The position numbers and the translations under genes are program-made. A model generated the notes under the pieces. The model was not told the origin of the DNA, did not search any database, and saw only the letters and a list, made by a program, of their open reading frames with translations. Below, piece by piece: positions 10,711 through 21,095 of a stretch of 64,000 bases of DNA. Numbering within the stretch: the first letter of the stretch is position 1; every line of letters starts with the position of its first letter. Source of the DNA: an uncultured Bacteroidales bacterium (GTDB lineage Bacteria > Bacteroidota > Bacteroidia > Bacteroidales > UBA11471); the NCBI GenBank assembly GCA_947625885.1, contig CANQQA010000006.1, positions 3,832 through 67,831 on the forward strand, read 5' to 3'.

Positions 10711-12753
10711 ATGGAAGAAAAGAAATTCAAACGCATTCTTGTAACGACAGCACTCCCCTATGCCAACGGTCCCGTACACATCGGACACCTCGCCGGCGTG
10801 TATGTACCTGCCGACATCTACGTCCGCTACCAACGACTTAAAGGCAGAGACGTGCTCCACATCGGCGGCTCCGACGAACACGGCGTTCCCATCACGCTGA
10901 AAGCGCGGAAAGAGGGTGTTACGCCGCAAGACATCGTCGATCGCTATCATGCAATCATCAAAAAATCGTTTGAAGAGTTCGGCATTTCATTCGACATCTA
11001 CTCGCGCACGACGTCGGAAATTCATTGCAAAACGGCGTCCGATTTCTTCCGCAAACTTTACGATAAAGGCGTATTCATCGAAAAAACTTCGGAACAGTAC
11101 TACGACGAGGAGGCACAGCAATTCCTCGCCGACCGCTATATCACCGGCACCTGTCCGCACTGCAAAAACGAGCGGGCATACGGCGACCAATGCGAGGCGT
11201 GCGGTACGTCGCTCAATGCCACCGACCTGATAAACCCGAAATCGGCTATCAGCGGCTCCACCCCCGTATTGCGGGAGACGAAGCACTGGTACCTGCCGCT
11301 CGACCGTTACGAGAACTTTCTGAAAGAGTGGATTCTCGAAGGACATAAGGAGTGGAAGCCGAATGTGTACGGACAGTGCAAATCGTGGCTCGATTTGGGT
11401 TTGCAGCCGCGCGCCGTGAGTCGCGACCTCGACTGGGGTGTGCCCGTTCCCGTCGAAGGCGCCGAAGGCAAGGTGCTCTATGTATGGTTCGATGCCCCTA
11501 TCGGCTACATATCGAACACGAAGGAATTGCGCCCCGACGATTGGGAGAAGTATTGGAAAGACCCCGAAACGAAGTTGGTACACTTCATCGGAAAAGACAA
11601 CATCGTATTCCACTGCATCGTGTTCCCCGCCATGCTGAAAGCCGAAGGCAGCTACATTCTCCCCGAAAACGTGCCGGCAAACGAATTTCTCAACCTCGAA
11701 GGCGATAAAATTTCTACTTCCCGCAACTGGGCGGTATGGCTGCACGAATATCTGGAAGATTTTCCGGGTAAACAGGACGTGCTGCGTTATGTCCTCACGG
11801 CAAATGCGCCCGAGACCAAAGACAACGATTTCACGTGGAAAGATTTTCAAGCCCGCAACAACAACGAGCTGGTGGCTATTCTCGGAAATTTCATCAACCG
11901 CTCGATGGTGCTTACACACAAATATTTCGACGGGAAAGTGCCGGCTTGCGGCGAACTCACCGATTACGACCGCGCCACGCTCAAAGAGTTTTCCGACGTA
12001 AAAGAACGGGTGGAAAACTGCATCGAAAACTACCGTTTCCGCGAAGCGTTGAAAGAAGCGATGAACCTCGCCCGCATCGGCAATAAATATCTGGCAGACA
12101 CCGAACCGTGGAAAATCGCCAAAAGCGATATGCCCCGCGTAGCGACAATTCTCAATCTCTCCCTGCAAATCGCCGCCAACCTGTCTATCGCTTTCGAGCC
12201 GTTCCTGCCTTTCACCGCCAAGAAAATACGCGCGATGCTCGGCTTGGCGACCGTCGAATGGGATATGCTCGGTCGCATCGACATTCTGCCGGAAAACACG
12301 CAACTGGCAGAGCCGATACTTCTCTTCGAGAAAATCGACGACAGTGTGGTCGAAGCGCAAATCAAGAAACTGAACGATACGAAAGCCGCCAACGAAAAAG
12401 CGGCGCACAAAGCAGAACCCGTTGCACCTACCATAGAATTCGACGACTTCCTGAAACTCGATATTCGCGTGGGAACGGTGCTGGAATGCCAAAAAGTGCC
12501 CAAAGCCGACAAACTGCTGCAATTCAAAATCGACGACGGATTGGGCGGACGTACCATCATATCGGGCATAGCCAAACACTACAAGCCCGAAGATTTGGTC
12601 GGAAAGCAGGTTTGCTTCATTGCCAACCTCGCCCCCCGCAAGCTCAAAGGCATTGAATCGCAAGGCATGATTCTCTCGGCAGAAGATGCCGACGGACGTT
12701 TGGTCGTCATCACCCCCGACACGCCCGTTGCCGGCGGCTCTTGTGTAAAATGA
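10711..12753 (+). CDS. metG: methionine--tRNA ligase
   Basis: HIGH motif (PVHIGHLAG), KMSKS-type loop (GDKISTSRN), zinc knuckle CPHC..CEAC, and a C-terminal Trbp111/EMAP tRNA-binding domain. Confidence 0.97.
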   Translation: MEEKKFKRILVTTALPYANGPVHIGHLAGVYVPADIYVRYQRLKGRDVLHIGGSDEHGVPITLKARKEGVTPQDIVDRYHAIIKKSFEEFGISFDIYSRTTSEIHCKTASDFFRKLYDKGVFIEKTSEQYYDEEAQQFLADRYITGTCPHCKNERAYGDQCEACGTSLNATDLINPKSAISGSTPVLRETKHWYLPLDRYENFLKEWILEGHKEWKPNVYGQCKSWLDLGLQPRAVSRDLDWGVPVPVEGAEGKVLYVWFDAPIGYISNTKELRPDDWEKYWKDPETKLVHFIGKDNIVFHCIVFPAMLKAEGSYILPENVPANEFLNLEGDKISTSRNWAVWLHEYLEDFPGKQDVLRYVLTANAPETKDNDFTWKDFQARNNNELVAILGNFINRSMVLTHKYFDGKVPACGELTDYDRATLKEFSDVKERVENCIENYRFREALKEAMNLARIGNKYLADTEPWKIAKSDMPRVATILNLSLQIAANLSIAFEPFLPFTAKKIRAMLGLATVEWDMLGRIDILPENTQLAEPILLFEKIDDSVVEAQIKKLNDTKAANEKAAHKAEPVAPTIEFDDFLKLDIRVGTVLECQKVPKADKLLQFKIDDGLGGRTIISGIAKHYKPEDLVGKQVCFIANLAPRKLKGIESQGMILSAEDADGRLVVITPDTPVAGGSCVK

Positions 12754-12770
12754 TTTTTCAAAAACGCCTG

Positions 12771-12800
12771 TTTGTCCCGACGGTGTACCGTCGGGACAAA
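12771..12800 (+). terminator. intrinsic terminator after metG
   Basis: Perfect 13-bp stem tttgtcccgacgg / ccgtcgggacaaa with loop tgta, followed by tttt. Confidence 0.7.
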
Positions 12801-12811
12801 TTTTCGACAAT

Positions 12812-14269
12812 ATGCGGGAGAATCTGAAAAAACGGACGCTCAATGCCCTCGTTTGGAGTTTCATCGACAAATGCGGGCAACAGCTTCTGTATTTCGCTTC
12901 CGGCATCGTTTTGGCAAACCTGCTTACGCCCGAAGACTTCGGAAAAGTCGGCGTTCTCACTCTTTTCATCACCCTGTCGGGAATATTGACGGACAGCGGT
13001 TTCGGCTCGGCGCTCATACGCAAAAAAGAGGCGACGGAAGCCGATTACAGCACGGTGTTTTACTTCAATCTTTTAGTCGGGGTCGTTCTCTACGGAATCC
13101 TGTTTTTCACGGCGCCCGTCATCGCCCGCTTCCTCGAAATACCGGAACTTACGCTGATTGCCCGCCTGCTTTTCCTGTCGATTGTTTTTCAGGGATTCGG
13201 ACTTATCCAACAGGTACGCCTCACCAAACACATCGCCTTTTCCCGACTGGCGCGCATCAACATCATCGCCATTCTCGGCGGCTCTTTGCTCGCCATTTTT
13301 CACGCCCTGTATTACCGAAACGTTTGGGCATTGGTGGTTTTGCAACTGAGCATCGCCGCGATACGCACTTTGCTGTTGTGGCTGTTCGGGCGCTGGCGTC
13401 CCCGCCCGATATTCCGGAAAAGCGCATTGGACGAATTTTTCGCATACAGCAGCCGGCTCATCGGCACCGGCATACTCAATGCCATTTACAATAACATTTA
13501 CCCGCTGCTTATCGGAAAAGGATATAGCACCGTTACCGTCGGATACTATATGCAGGCGCATAAATTCCAAGAGGCGCCGTCGTCGCTTATCTCTTTGATT
13601 TTCCGCAGTGTGGCGTTTCCCGTGCTGTCGGCAATCCACGACGAACACGAACGCATGATACGCATATTCCGCAAATACATACACGCGGTGGCATTTTTCA
13701 TTTTCCCCGTTATGACCCTGTGTATCGTCGTGGCGGAGCCATTGGTGCGCATCTTACTGTCCGACAAATGGATAGAATCCATACCCTACTTGCAGCGCCT
13801 TTGCATCGCCGGCGCGTTTTCACCGTTCATCATTCTCTATTACGACCTGTTCAACACGATAGGAAGGTCGGACATCAATCTGAAAACGGAGCTTGTGAAA
13901 AAACTGCTGCTGACAGGCGGCATCATACTTTGCTTCGGACACGGAGTGTTCGCGCTCATCTGGCTGTGGGTGGGCTACACGCTGGCATCGTTGGCGGCAT
14001 CGACCCTGTTAGGGCGACGATTTACCGGCTATCGGGTCGGGCAATTCGCTGCCGACATCGTGCCCTGCCTGCTGCTCGCCCTTGTCGCCGGAGGCATCGC
14101 GTGGGCAAGTTATGCCCTCTGTCACACGCTGTTGTCGAAACTTTTGATTCCGACGGCAATCTACATTTTCGTCTATTTGCTCACCGCCCGCGTAGCAAAA
14201 ATCGAAATGTGGAAAGAAATTCGTATCTTGTTCACGCGGGAAAGCACCCCGCCTACATCTGAAAAATAG
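12812..14269 (+). CDS. Wzx-type oligosaccharide flippase (MOP superfamily polysaccharide biosynthesis protein)
   Basis: 485 aa, roughly 12-14 hydrophobic segments, with an N-terminal block typical of polysaccharide flippases. Confidence 0.8.
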   Translation: MRENLKKRTLNALVWSFIDKCGQQLLYFASGIVLANLLTPEDFGKVGVLTLFITLSGILTDSGFGSALIRKKEATEADYSTVFYFNLLVGVVLYGILFFTAPVIARFLEIPELTLIARLLFLSIVFQGFGLIQQVRLTKHIAFSRLARINIIAILGGSLLAIFHALYYRNVWALVVLQLSIAAIRTLLLWLFGRWRPRPIFRKSALDEFFAYSSRLIGTGILNAIYNNIYPLLIGKGYSTVTVGYYMQAHKFQEAPSSLISLIFRSVAFPVLSAIHDEHERMIRIFRKYIHAVAFFIFPVMTLCIVVAEPLVRILLSDKWIESIPYLQRLCIAGAFSPFIILYYDLFNTIGRSDINLKTELVKKLLLTGGIILCFGHGVFALIWLWVGYTLASLAASTLLGRRFTGYRVGQFAADIVPCLLLALVAGGIAWASYALCHTLLSKLLIPTAIYIFVYLLTARVAKIEMWKEIRILFTRESTPPTSEK

Positions 14270-14272
14270 ATT

Positions 14273-15025
14273 ATGAAAACACCCGTTTTTTCGATCATCA
14301 CGATTACTTTCAATGCGGAAGCGACGCTCGAATCGACCCTGCAATCGGTCGCAGCCCAGACTTTCACCGATTACGAATACCTCATCATCGACGGGGCATC
14401 GCGCGACAACACCGTCGGCTTGGCGCATCGTTACGACAAATACATCGCCCGCATCGTCAGCGAACCCGACAAGGGTCTGTACGATGCCATGAACAAAGGT
14501 ATGGCACTGGCTTCGGGCGAATACCTGATTTTCCTGAATGCCGGCGATGCGCTTTTTGCTCCCGATACGTTGGCAAAAATCAACGATTTCATCGAAAAAT
14601 CTCACCCTGATATTCTCTACGGGGAAACGGCTATTGTCGATAGCGACAGAAATTTCATTGCCATGCGGCGGTTGAAAGCCCCCGAACAATTGACTTGGAA
14701 AAGTTTCCGTATGGGTATGCTGGTGTGTCATCAGGCGTTTATCGCCCGACGGGAACTTGCGCCGGTATACGACCTCCGCTATCGCTTCTCCGCCGATTTC
14801 GACTGGTGTATTCGCTGCATGAAAAATGCCGATTCCATCGTCAATACGCACAACACGCTCATCAATTACCTGAACGAAGGTGTTACCACCCGAAACATGA
14901 AAGCCTCGCTCAAAGAACGCTATCGCATCATGACGAAATATTACGGGCATATTCCCGTGCTGCTGCGGCATCTCTGGTTTGCCGTGCGATTCGCCGCTGC
15001 GCGAGCGATGCACCGGCAGGTGTAA
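14273..15025 (+). CDS. family 2 glycosyltransferase
   Basis: GT2 N-terminus FSIITITFNAEATLESTLQSV ... YLIIDGASRDNT. Starts 3 nt after the flippase stop. Confidence 0.85.
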   Translation: MKTPVFSIITITFNAEATLESTLQSVAAQTFTDYEYLIIDGASRDNTVGLAHRYDKYIARIVSEPDKGLYDAMNKGMALASGEYLIFLNAGDALFAPDTLAKINDFIEKSHPDILYGETAIVDSDRNFIAMRRLKAPEQLTWKSFRMGMLVCHQAFIARRELAPVYDLRYRFSADFDWCIRCMKNADSIVNTHNTLINYLNEGVTTRNMKASLKERYRIMTKYYGHIPVLLRHLWFAVRFAAARAMHRQV

Positions 15026-15026
15026 A

Positions 15027-15761
15027 TCATTTGCGCAGGAAACGGGCGCGCTCGTCTGCCGGAAACCGCTCTATCGCATATCGCAGCATCGTGCGGGGCA
15101 TACGGGTGTAACGCTCTTCCAGAAACGAAACCAAAAGCGGCTTGTCGCGCTTCCCGACTTCGCGCAGCATCCACCCGACCGCCTTTTGTATCAAATCGTG
15201 CTTGTGTGTCAAGAGTTTATCGGCAATACGCAGGGTATCGACAAAATCATTTTTCCGGATATATTCAAACGTGGCAACGATTGCAATCCGCTGCTCCCAA
15301 AGAAGTGTCGAAGCAGCCAGCCGGTCGAGCAGCGAGCGGTCGCGAGATAACAGGTGCGCACCGACAATCTGCCGTGCCGAAAGATCGACCAAATCCCAAT
15401 TGTTGATATACTTCGTATGCGCCAAATAGAGAGAGAATATTTCATCCTGCGTTTTCTCGTCGGCTTTCGGATATTGCAACGTCCAAATAAGCAATGCCAG
15501 CAAACGGCATTCGTGCACGGGGTCGGCAAGCAGCGGCAGCACCTCTGCCGGCGACAAGCGTGCGGCAAACTCCCGCGCAATGCGCCTTACGTCGGGGACA
15601 TACACGCCAATGAACGCGTCGCCCTCGCCATATTCGCCGACACCGGTTTTGAAAAATCGGACAAGCATCGCCACCCGCTGCGGTGCAGCGGCGGCAAACA
15701 AACACTCCCGCGCCTCCTTCGCACACGGATTCATCGAAAAAACTTGCGTTTTTTGCGTCAT
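15027..15761 (-). CDS. DNA alkylation repair protein (AlkD-like HEAT-repeat)
   Basis: AlkC/AlkD-family block INNWDLVDLSA, about 240 aa. 4-nt ATGA overlap with the upstream dehydrogenase gene. Confidence 0.75.
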   Translation of the reverse strand: MTQKTQVFSMNPCAKEARECLFAAAAPQRVAMLVRFFKTGVGEYGEGDAFIGVYVPDVRRIAREFAARLSPAEVLPLLADPVHECRLLALLIWTLQYPKADEKTQDEIFSLYLAHTKYINNWDLVDLSARQIVGAHLLSRDRSLLDRLAASTLLWEQRIAIVATFEYIRKNDFVDTLRIADKLLTHKHDLIQKAVGWMLREVGKRDKPLLVSFLEERYTRMPRTMLRYAIERFPADERARFLRK

Positions 15762-16726
15762 AACAGATTGACCTTGTCGATATGTCCGCCTTCAAAAAAA
15801 TGGATAATGTTGCGTGAAACATGGGCAGCCATTTCGTGGCGTATCTCTACGGTCTGCGTTCCCACGTGCGGGGTCAAAACGACATTATCGAGCCGCGTCA
15901 GTTCCGGAATGGGATAGTTGCCGTGCTCGAATACATCGAGTCCCGCCGCCCATATCGTACCGGTGCGCAACGCCTCCGCCAGCGCCGCCTCGTCGACTAA
16001 CGGACCGCGCGCCGTATTGACGAGCACCGCCGTCGGTTTCATCTTGTGCAGCTCCTCCGCGCCGATAACATGATACGTTTCCGCCGTATGCGGCGCGTTG
16101 AGCGAAACGGCGTCGGACACGCGCAACAGTTCGTCGAGCGAAAGATACACGGCACCGTAACGTCGTTCGGTCGCTTCGTCGAGCCGGTGGCGGTTGTGAT
16201 ACACAATTTTCATGCCCGCAGCCACAGCCCGTCGGGCAAGCGCCTGCCCGATGCGCCCCATACCTATGATGCCCAGCGTCGCGCCGTACAGGGAGTGCCC
16301 GAGGTTGGTCAGCAATTCGACTTTCACCGAGCCGGGCGTACGCAGCCGCCGGTCGAGTTCCGAAATGCGGCGGAATGTCGCCAGCAGCAACCCCATGGCA
16401 AGGTCGGCGGTAGGCTCGGTAACGGGGTCGGGCGTATTGGTTACCTGTATGCCTTTCTGCGTGGCGTATGCCACATCTATATTGTCGTAGCCGACGGCAT
16501 AGTTCGAAATGATTTTAAGTTTCGGCGCCGCGTCCATCAATCGCTTATCGACAGGGAAATTGAACATGGATTGCAGCGCGTCGTAATCGGGAATCATACC
16601 CAGCACTTCATCATACGTGAACGACTCCGCCCCCTCCGGCGGAAATGTTACATCGTATTTCTGCATCAACTCGGCATAGCCGTCGCGCCACATATTGTAT
16701 GTTACCAGCACTTTTTTCTTTTCCAT
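15758..16726 (-). CDS. D-isomer-specific 2-hydroxyacid dehydrogenase (glyoxylate/hydroxypyruvate reductase-like)
   Basis: NAD-binding GIIGMGRIGQALARR, and the NTARG and HVG catalytic blocks. Confidence 0.88.
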   Translation of the reverse strand: MEKKKVLVTYNMWRDGYAELMQKYDVTFPPEGAESFTYDEVLGMIPDYDALQSMFNFPVDKRLMDAAPKLKIISNYAVGYDNIDVAYATQKGIQVTNTPDPVTEPTADLAMGLLLATFRRISELDRRLRTPGSVKVELLTNLGHSLYGATLGIIGMGRIGQALARRAVAAGMKIVYHNRHRLDEATERRYGAVYLSLDELLRVSDAVSLNAPHTAETYHVIGAEELHKMKPTAVLVNTARGPLVDEAALAEALRTGTIWAAGLDVFEHGNYPIPELTRLDNVVLTPHVGTQTVEIRHEMAAHVSRNIIHFFEGGHIDKVNLL

Positions 16727-16743
16727 ATCGACAAATTTTTAAG

Positions 16744-16760
16744 CAAAAGTAGCAAAAATA
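16744..16760 (-). promoter_or_regulatory. two tandem -7 boxes (TACTTTTG, TATTTTTG) for the dehydrogenase/AlkD operon
   Basis: Plus-strand caaaagta (16744-16751) and caaaaata (16753-16760), 18 and 27 nt upstream of ATG 16726. Confidence 0.5.
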
Positions 16761-16849
16761 TTTCATTCCGTTCATTCGGGGTATCTCCTTCATTTCACAT
16801 TCCGTTGAAAATAATTCGGGAATGGCGATGCGTTTCGCCGGCAAAAACG

Positions 16850-16857
16850 TATTTTTG
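16850..16857 (+). promoter_or_regulatory. -7 promoter box (TATTTTTG)
   Basis: Exact TAnnTTTG, 23 nt upstream of ATG 16880. Embedded in the small hairpin ggcaaaaa/tttttgcc. Confidence 0.5.
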
Positions 16858-16879
16858 CCGAAAACAATTCTTTGCGCAC

Positions 16880-18112
16880 ATGGTACTCAACTATATTTGG
16901 ATTTTCTTTTTCATCACGGCATTCGTCGTCGCCGTTGTTCAAACGCTGTTTTTCGGGAATCTCGGCATTTGGAACGACATCATGAATTCGACGTTTTCAT
17001 CGGCAAAAACGGCTTTTGAAATTTCGTTGGGGCTGACGGGCGTTCTGTCGTTGTGGTTAGGATTGATGAAAATCGGCGAGCGCGGCGGAGTCATCGCCAC
17101 ATTTTCGCGTTGGATAAGTCCGCTGTTCTGCCGTCTCTTTCCCGATCTGCCAAAGAATCACCCTGCCTTCGGTTCGATATTCATGAATCTGTCTGCCAAT
17201 ATGTTGGGGCTCGACAATGCCGCTACGCCACTGGGGTTGAAAGCCATGAAAGAGATGCAGGAAGTCAATCCCGACAAAGAGCGCGCCAGCAATCCGATGA
17301 TTATGTTTCTGGTACTCAATACGACCGGACTGACCCTCGTGCCGCTCGGCGTCATGGTGTATCGGGCACAAATGGGGGCAGCCAACCCGTCGGACATATT
17401 CCTGCCGATACTCATCGCCACTTATGTATCGACCCTCGTGGGGCTGATCGCCGTGTGCCTGAAACAGCGTATCAACCTATGCGACAAAGTGATACTCGGA
17501 TTTCTCGGCGGATTGACATTACTAATCGGCGGAATTTTGGCATTCTTCCTACAACTGCCGCAAGAAAAAATTTCACTCTATTCGAGCTTTATCGCCAACG
17601 GTCTGCTGTTCTGCATCATCATCGGTTTTCTTGCGGCGGGAATCCGCAAACGCATCAACGTATACGAAGCCTTCGTCGAAGGGGCAAAAGAGGGGTTCAA
17701 AACTGCCGTAACGATTATTCCCTACTTGGTGGCAATACTCGTTGCCATCGCCGTTTTCCGCGCGTCGGGCGCAATGGACTACATCATCTCCGGCATCACG
17801 ACCGGCGTGAAGGCATTGGGCATCGACGCCGATTTCGTGGGCGCACTGCCGACGGCTCTCATGAAACCGCTCAGCGGCAGTGGGGCGCGCGGCATGATGG
17901 TAGATGCGATGAACACATACGGCGCCGATTCTTTCGTGGGGCGCGTGGCTTCTACCATACAGGGCGCGACCGACACAACATTCTACATATTAGCCGTTTA
18001 CTTCGGAAGCGTAGGCATACGCAACACCCGTTATGCCGCCGGCTACGGGCTGCTGGCAGATTTTGCGGGCATCGTCGCCGCCATCGTCGTCGCTTATATT
18101 TTCTTCCATTAA
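16880..18112 (+). CDS. nucleoside-recognition (Gate) domain membrane protein, fused SpmA/SpmB-like
   Basis: 411-aa polytopic membrane protein with two Gate-like halves. The 5' part of ORF 16046..18112 is antisense to the dehydrogenase gene, so the start is set to ATG 16880 (MVLNYIW). Confidence 0.75.
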   Translation: MVLNYIWIFFFITAFVVAVVQTLFFGNLGIWNDIMNSTFSSAKTAFEISLGLTGVLSLWLGLMKIGERGGVIATFSRWISPLFCRLFPDLPKNHPAFGSIFMNLSANMLGLDNAATPLGLKAMKEMQEVNPDKERASNPMIMFLVLNTTGLTLVPLGVMVYRAQMGAANPSDIFLPILIATYVSTLVGLIAVCLKQRINLCDKVILGFLGGLTLLIGGILAFFLQLPQEKISLYSSFIANGLLFCIIIGFLAAGIRKRINVYEAFVEGAKEGFKTAVTIIPYLVAILVAIAVFRASGAMDYIISGITTGVKALGIDADFVGALPTALMKPLSGSGARGMMVDAMNTYGADSFVGRVASTIQGATDTTFYILAVYFGSVGIRNTRYAAGYGLLADFAGIVAAIVVAYIFFH

Positions 18113-18156
18113 ATCTTTTTTCCTATCGGGTTGAGCGATAATCGCGACAAAAACGC

Positions 18157-18164
18157 TACCTTTG
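18157..18164 (+). promoter_or_regulatory. -7 promoter box (TACCTTTG)
   Basis: Exact TAnnTTTG, 29 nt upstream of ATG 18193. Confidence 0.5.
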
Positions 18165-18192
18165 CACGTTTTCGATTTCAACGTATAATATC

Positions 18193-18648
18193 ATGGCTAT
18201 CAGTTATTACGCCGAAGAGACCCAAATGCCGCCCCTCAAAAAACGGGAGACAAACGCGTGGATACGCAGCGTGGCGTCCCTGTACGGGAAACTGTGCGGA
18301 GACATTTCCTACATCTTCTGCACCGATGAGAAGATTCTCGAAGTGAATCGGAAATTTCTGCAACACGACTATTATACGGACATCATCACATTCGATTATA
18401 CCGAAAAAGAACGCATCTCCGGCGATATATTCATCAGCCTCGACACGGTGCAAAGCAATGCGCTCGCCTTCGGAACGACATTCGGAAACGAACTGTACCG
18501 CATCATCATACACGGCATACTGCACTTGTGCGGCATAAACGACAAAGCGCCGGGCGAACGGGAAATCATGACGCAGAAAGAAAACGAGGCTCTCGCGCTG
18601 CTCCCCGCCGCACAAAAGAGCCGGATAGAGCAACTGCAACGAAAATAA
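18193..18648 (+). CDS. ybeY: rRNA maturation endoribonuclease YbeY
   Basis: Metal-binding block IIIHGILHLCG; about 150 aa. Confidence 0.9.
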   Translation: MAISYYAEETQMPPLKKRETNAWIRSVASLYGKLCGDISYIFCTDEKILEVNRKFLQHDYYTDIITFDYTEKERISGDIFISLDTVQSNALAFGTTFGNELYRIIIHGILHLCGINDKAPGEREIMTQKENEALALLPAAQKSRIEQLQRK

Positions 18649-18652
18649 ATTT

Positions 18653-20530
18653 ATGAAATTCGACTATGACGTAATCGTGGTAGGTGCCGGTCATGCCGGT
18701 TGCGAAGCAGCTTCCGCAGCTGCTCGGCTCGGCTCGGAAACACTGCTTATCACTATGGATATGAATAAGATAGCCCAGATGAGTTGCAATCCGGCTATCG
18801 GCGGCATAGCCAAAGGGCAAATCGTGCGCGAAATCGACGCGCTCGGCGGACAGACCGGCATCGTTACCGACAAAACCGCCCTCCAATTCCGTATGCTCAA
18901 CCGCTCGAAAGGTCCTGCCATGTGGAGTCCGCGCGCGCAAAGCGACCGTCAAAAATTCATTCAGACATGGCGGGGCGTTCTCGAAAATACCGAACATTTG
19001 TATCTTTGGCAAGACAGCGTTAAACAACTGATTATCAACAAAGATAATACCATTTCCGGCGTGATTACCAACATGGAGGTAACTTTCCGCGCCCGCGCCG
19101 TAGTGCTTACTTGCGGCACGTTCATGAACGGCTTGATGCACATCGGGCGCGTACAGCTCAAAGGCGGTCGCGTGGCGGAACCCGCCTCCTACGGCATCAC
19201 CGAACAACTCGTGGAAATGGGCTTCACCGCCGGACGCATGAAGACGGGAACTCCCGTGCGCATCGACGGTCGCAGCATACACTACGACCTGATGACCGAA
19301 CAAAAAGGGGAAGACGACTTCCACAAATTTTCGTTCCTCGACAACGTGCACCGCACTTTGCAGCAACAGAGCTGCTGGATTACCTACACCAACGAAGCCG
19401 TACACGACATTCTGCGGCAAGGCTTCCCCGATTCACCGCTCTACAACGGACAAATAAAAAGCATCGGTCCGCGATACTGCCCCAGCATCGAAACGAAAAT
19501 CGTCACTTTTCCCGATAAAACCGAGCACCAACTCTTCCTCGAACCGGAGGGAGAAACGAGCAGGGAATTTTATTTGAACGGTTTTTCCTCCTCGCTCCCG
19601 CTCGATATACAAATACGGGCGCTGCAAGAGATTCCGGCATTCAAAGATATTCGCATCTATCGTCCGGGCTATGCCATCGAATACGACTACTTCGACCCGA
19701 CGCAGCTCACGCACACCCTCGAAACAAAACAGGTGAAAGGACTATTTTTTGCCGGACAAATCAACGGTACGACCGGCTATGAAGAAGCTGCCGGACAGGG
19801 ATTGGTCGCCGGCATAAACGCCCACCTGCGCAGTCAGGGCGACGGCGAATTTACGCTAAACCGCGACGAAGCCTATATCGGCGTACTCATCGACGACCTC
19901 GTAACCAAAGGTGTCGATGAGCCGTACCGCATGTTCACCTCCCGCGCCGAATACCGCATACTTCTGCGACAGGACGATGCCGATATGCGCCTTACACCGA
20001 AAGGCTACGAACTCGGACTGGCAAGCAGCGAGCGCTACCGCCTGCTTCGCGAAAAAGAGGAACACCGGAACCGGATTATCCGTTTTGCCCAAGAGTATTC
20101 CGTAAAGATGAATCAGATAAATCCGGCACTCGAACAGCAGGGCTACGCCCCCCTGCGGCAAGGGACGAAACTCGTCGATTTGATTCTGCGCCCGCAGCTC
20201 ACCATAGATGCCATAGCCTCGTGGCTTCCCGCTCTGCACGAACAGCTCGACCTCATTCCGTCGCGACGGGAAGAAATAACCGAAGCCGCCGAAATCTGCA
20301 TCAAATACGAAGGCTACATCGAGCGGGAAAAACTGATTGCCGATAAAATATCGCGCCTCGAAAATATCCGCATCAAAGGAAAATTCGATTACAATACCAT
20401 ACAGCAAATATCAATCGAAGCCCGCCAGAAACTCTCGAAGATAGACCCCGAAACCATCGCGCAAGCCTCGCGTATTCCGGGCATATCGCCGAGTGACATA
20501 AACATTCTGCTGGTTTTGTTGGGGAGATAA
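18653..20530 (+). CDS. mnmG: tRNA uridine 5-carboxymethylaminomethyl modification enzyme MnmG (GidA)
   Basis: FAD-binding N-terminus YDVIVVGAGHAGCEAA; 625 aa; conserved throughout. Confidence 0.97.
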   Translation: MKFDYDVIVVGAGHAGCEAASAAARLGSETLLITMDMNKIAQMSCNPAIGGIAKGQIVREIDALGGQTGIVTDKTALQFRMLNRSKGPAMWSPRAQSDRQKFIQTWRGVLENTEHLYLWQDSVKQLIINKDNTISGVITNMEVTFRARAVVLTCGTFMNGLMHIGRVQLKGGRVAEPASYGITEQLVEMGFTAGRMKTGTPVRIDGRSIHYDLMTEQKGEDDFHKFSFLDNVHRTLQQQSCWITYTNEAVHDILRQGFPDSPLYNGQIKSIGPRYCPSIETKIVTFPDKTEHQLFLEPEGETSREFYLNGFSSSLPLDIQIRALQEIPAFKDIRIYRPGYAIEYDYFDPTQLTHTLETKQVKGLFFAGQINGTTGYEEAAGQGLVAGINAHLRSQGDGEFTLNRDEAYIGVLIDDLVTKGVDEPYRMFTSRAEYRILLRQDDADMRLTPKGYELGLASSERYRLLREKEEHRNRIIRFAQEYSVKMNQINPALEQQGYAPLRQGTKLVDLILRPQLTIDAIASWLPALHEQLDLIPSRREEITEAAEICIKYEGYIEREKLIADKISRLENIRIKGKFDYNTIQQISIEARQKLSKIDPETIAQASRIPGISPSDINILLVLLGR

Positions 20531-20546
20531 TGTTCCACGTGGAACA
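20531..20546. repeat. perfect 16-bp palindrome TGTTCCACGTGGAACA
   Basis: Self-complementary with no loop. Starts 1 nt after the mnmG stop and ends 16 nt before the apt ATG. Confidence 0.9.
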
Positions 20547-20562
20547 ATAAATAAACAACCTT

Positions 20563-21087
20563 ATGGAAATAAACGATATTTACAAACAAGTTCGCGATAT
20601 TCCCGACTTTCCGAAGCCCGGAATATTGTTCAAAGACCTCACCACCGTATTCAAAAACGGAGAATCGGTGCAACGGTTGAGCGACGAGCTTTATCGTCTT
20701 TACAAAGACAAAGGCATCACCAAAGTTGCCGGCATCGAATCGCGCGGCTTCATCATGGGTTCCATACTGGCAGCCCGTCTCGGTGCCGGATTCGTGCCGG
20801 TGCGCAAACCCGGAAAACTGCCCGCCGAAACGTGGACGGAAACTTTTGAAAAAGAATACGGCTGCGACGCCATCGAAATACATCGCGATGCCATCGCGTC
20901 CGAAGACGTGGTGCTGCTGCACGACGACCTGCTGGCAACGGGCGGGACGATGTTGGCTGCCTATCATCTGATACAGCGATTTCACCCGCGCAAGATATAC
21001 ATTAACTTTTTATCGGAAATTGTTGTTCTCAACGGGCGAAGCGTATTTCCTTCCGGCGTAGAAATAGAAACGATACTTAAATTCTAA
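20563..21087 (+). CDS. apt: adenine phosphoribosyltransferase
   Basis: PRPP-binding loop VVLLHDDLLATGGT; 174 aa. Confidence 0.95.
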   Translation: MEINDIYKQVRDIPDFPKPGILFKDLTTVFKNGESVQRLSDELYRLYKDKGITKVAGIESRGFIMGSILAARLGAGFVPVRKPGKLPAETWTETFEKEYGCDAIEIHRDAIASEDVVLLHDDLLATGGTMLAAYHLIQRFHPRKIYINFLSEIVVLNGRSVFPSGVEIETILKF

Positions 21088-21095
21088 GCGACACT

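Noticed and set aside
10987-13023. 678-aa minus-strand ORF antisense to metG
   Set aside because: It is a shadow ORF of a highly conserved gene. It also crosses the metG terminator and the flippase start, which a real gene would be unlikely to do.
16046-16879. 278-codon N-terminal extension of the SpmA/B-like ORF (track gives 688 aa)
   Set aside because: The extension is antisense to the 2-hydroxyacid dehydrogenase gene and crosses the divergent promoter region. An exact -7 box sits 23 nt before ATG 16880, where the membrane domain begins.
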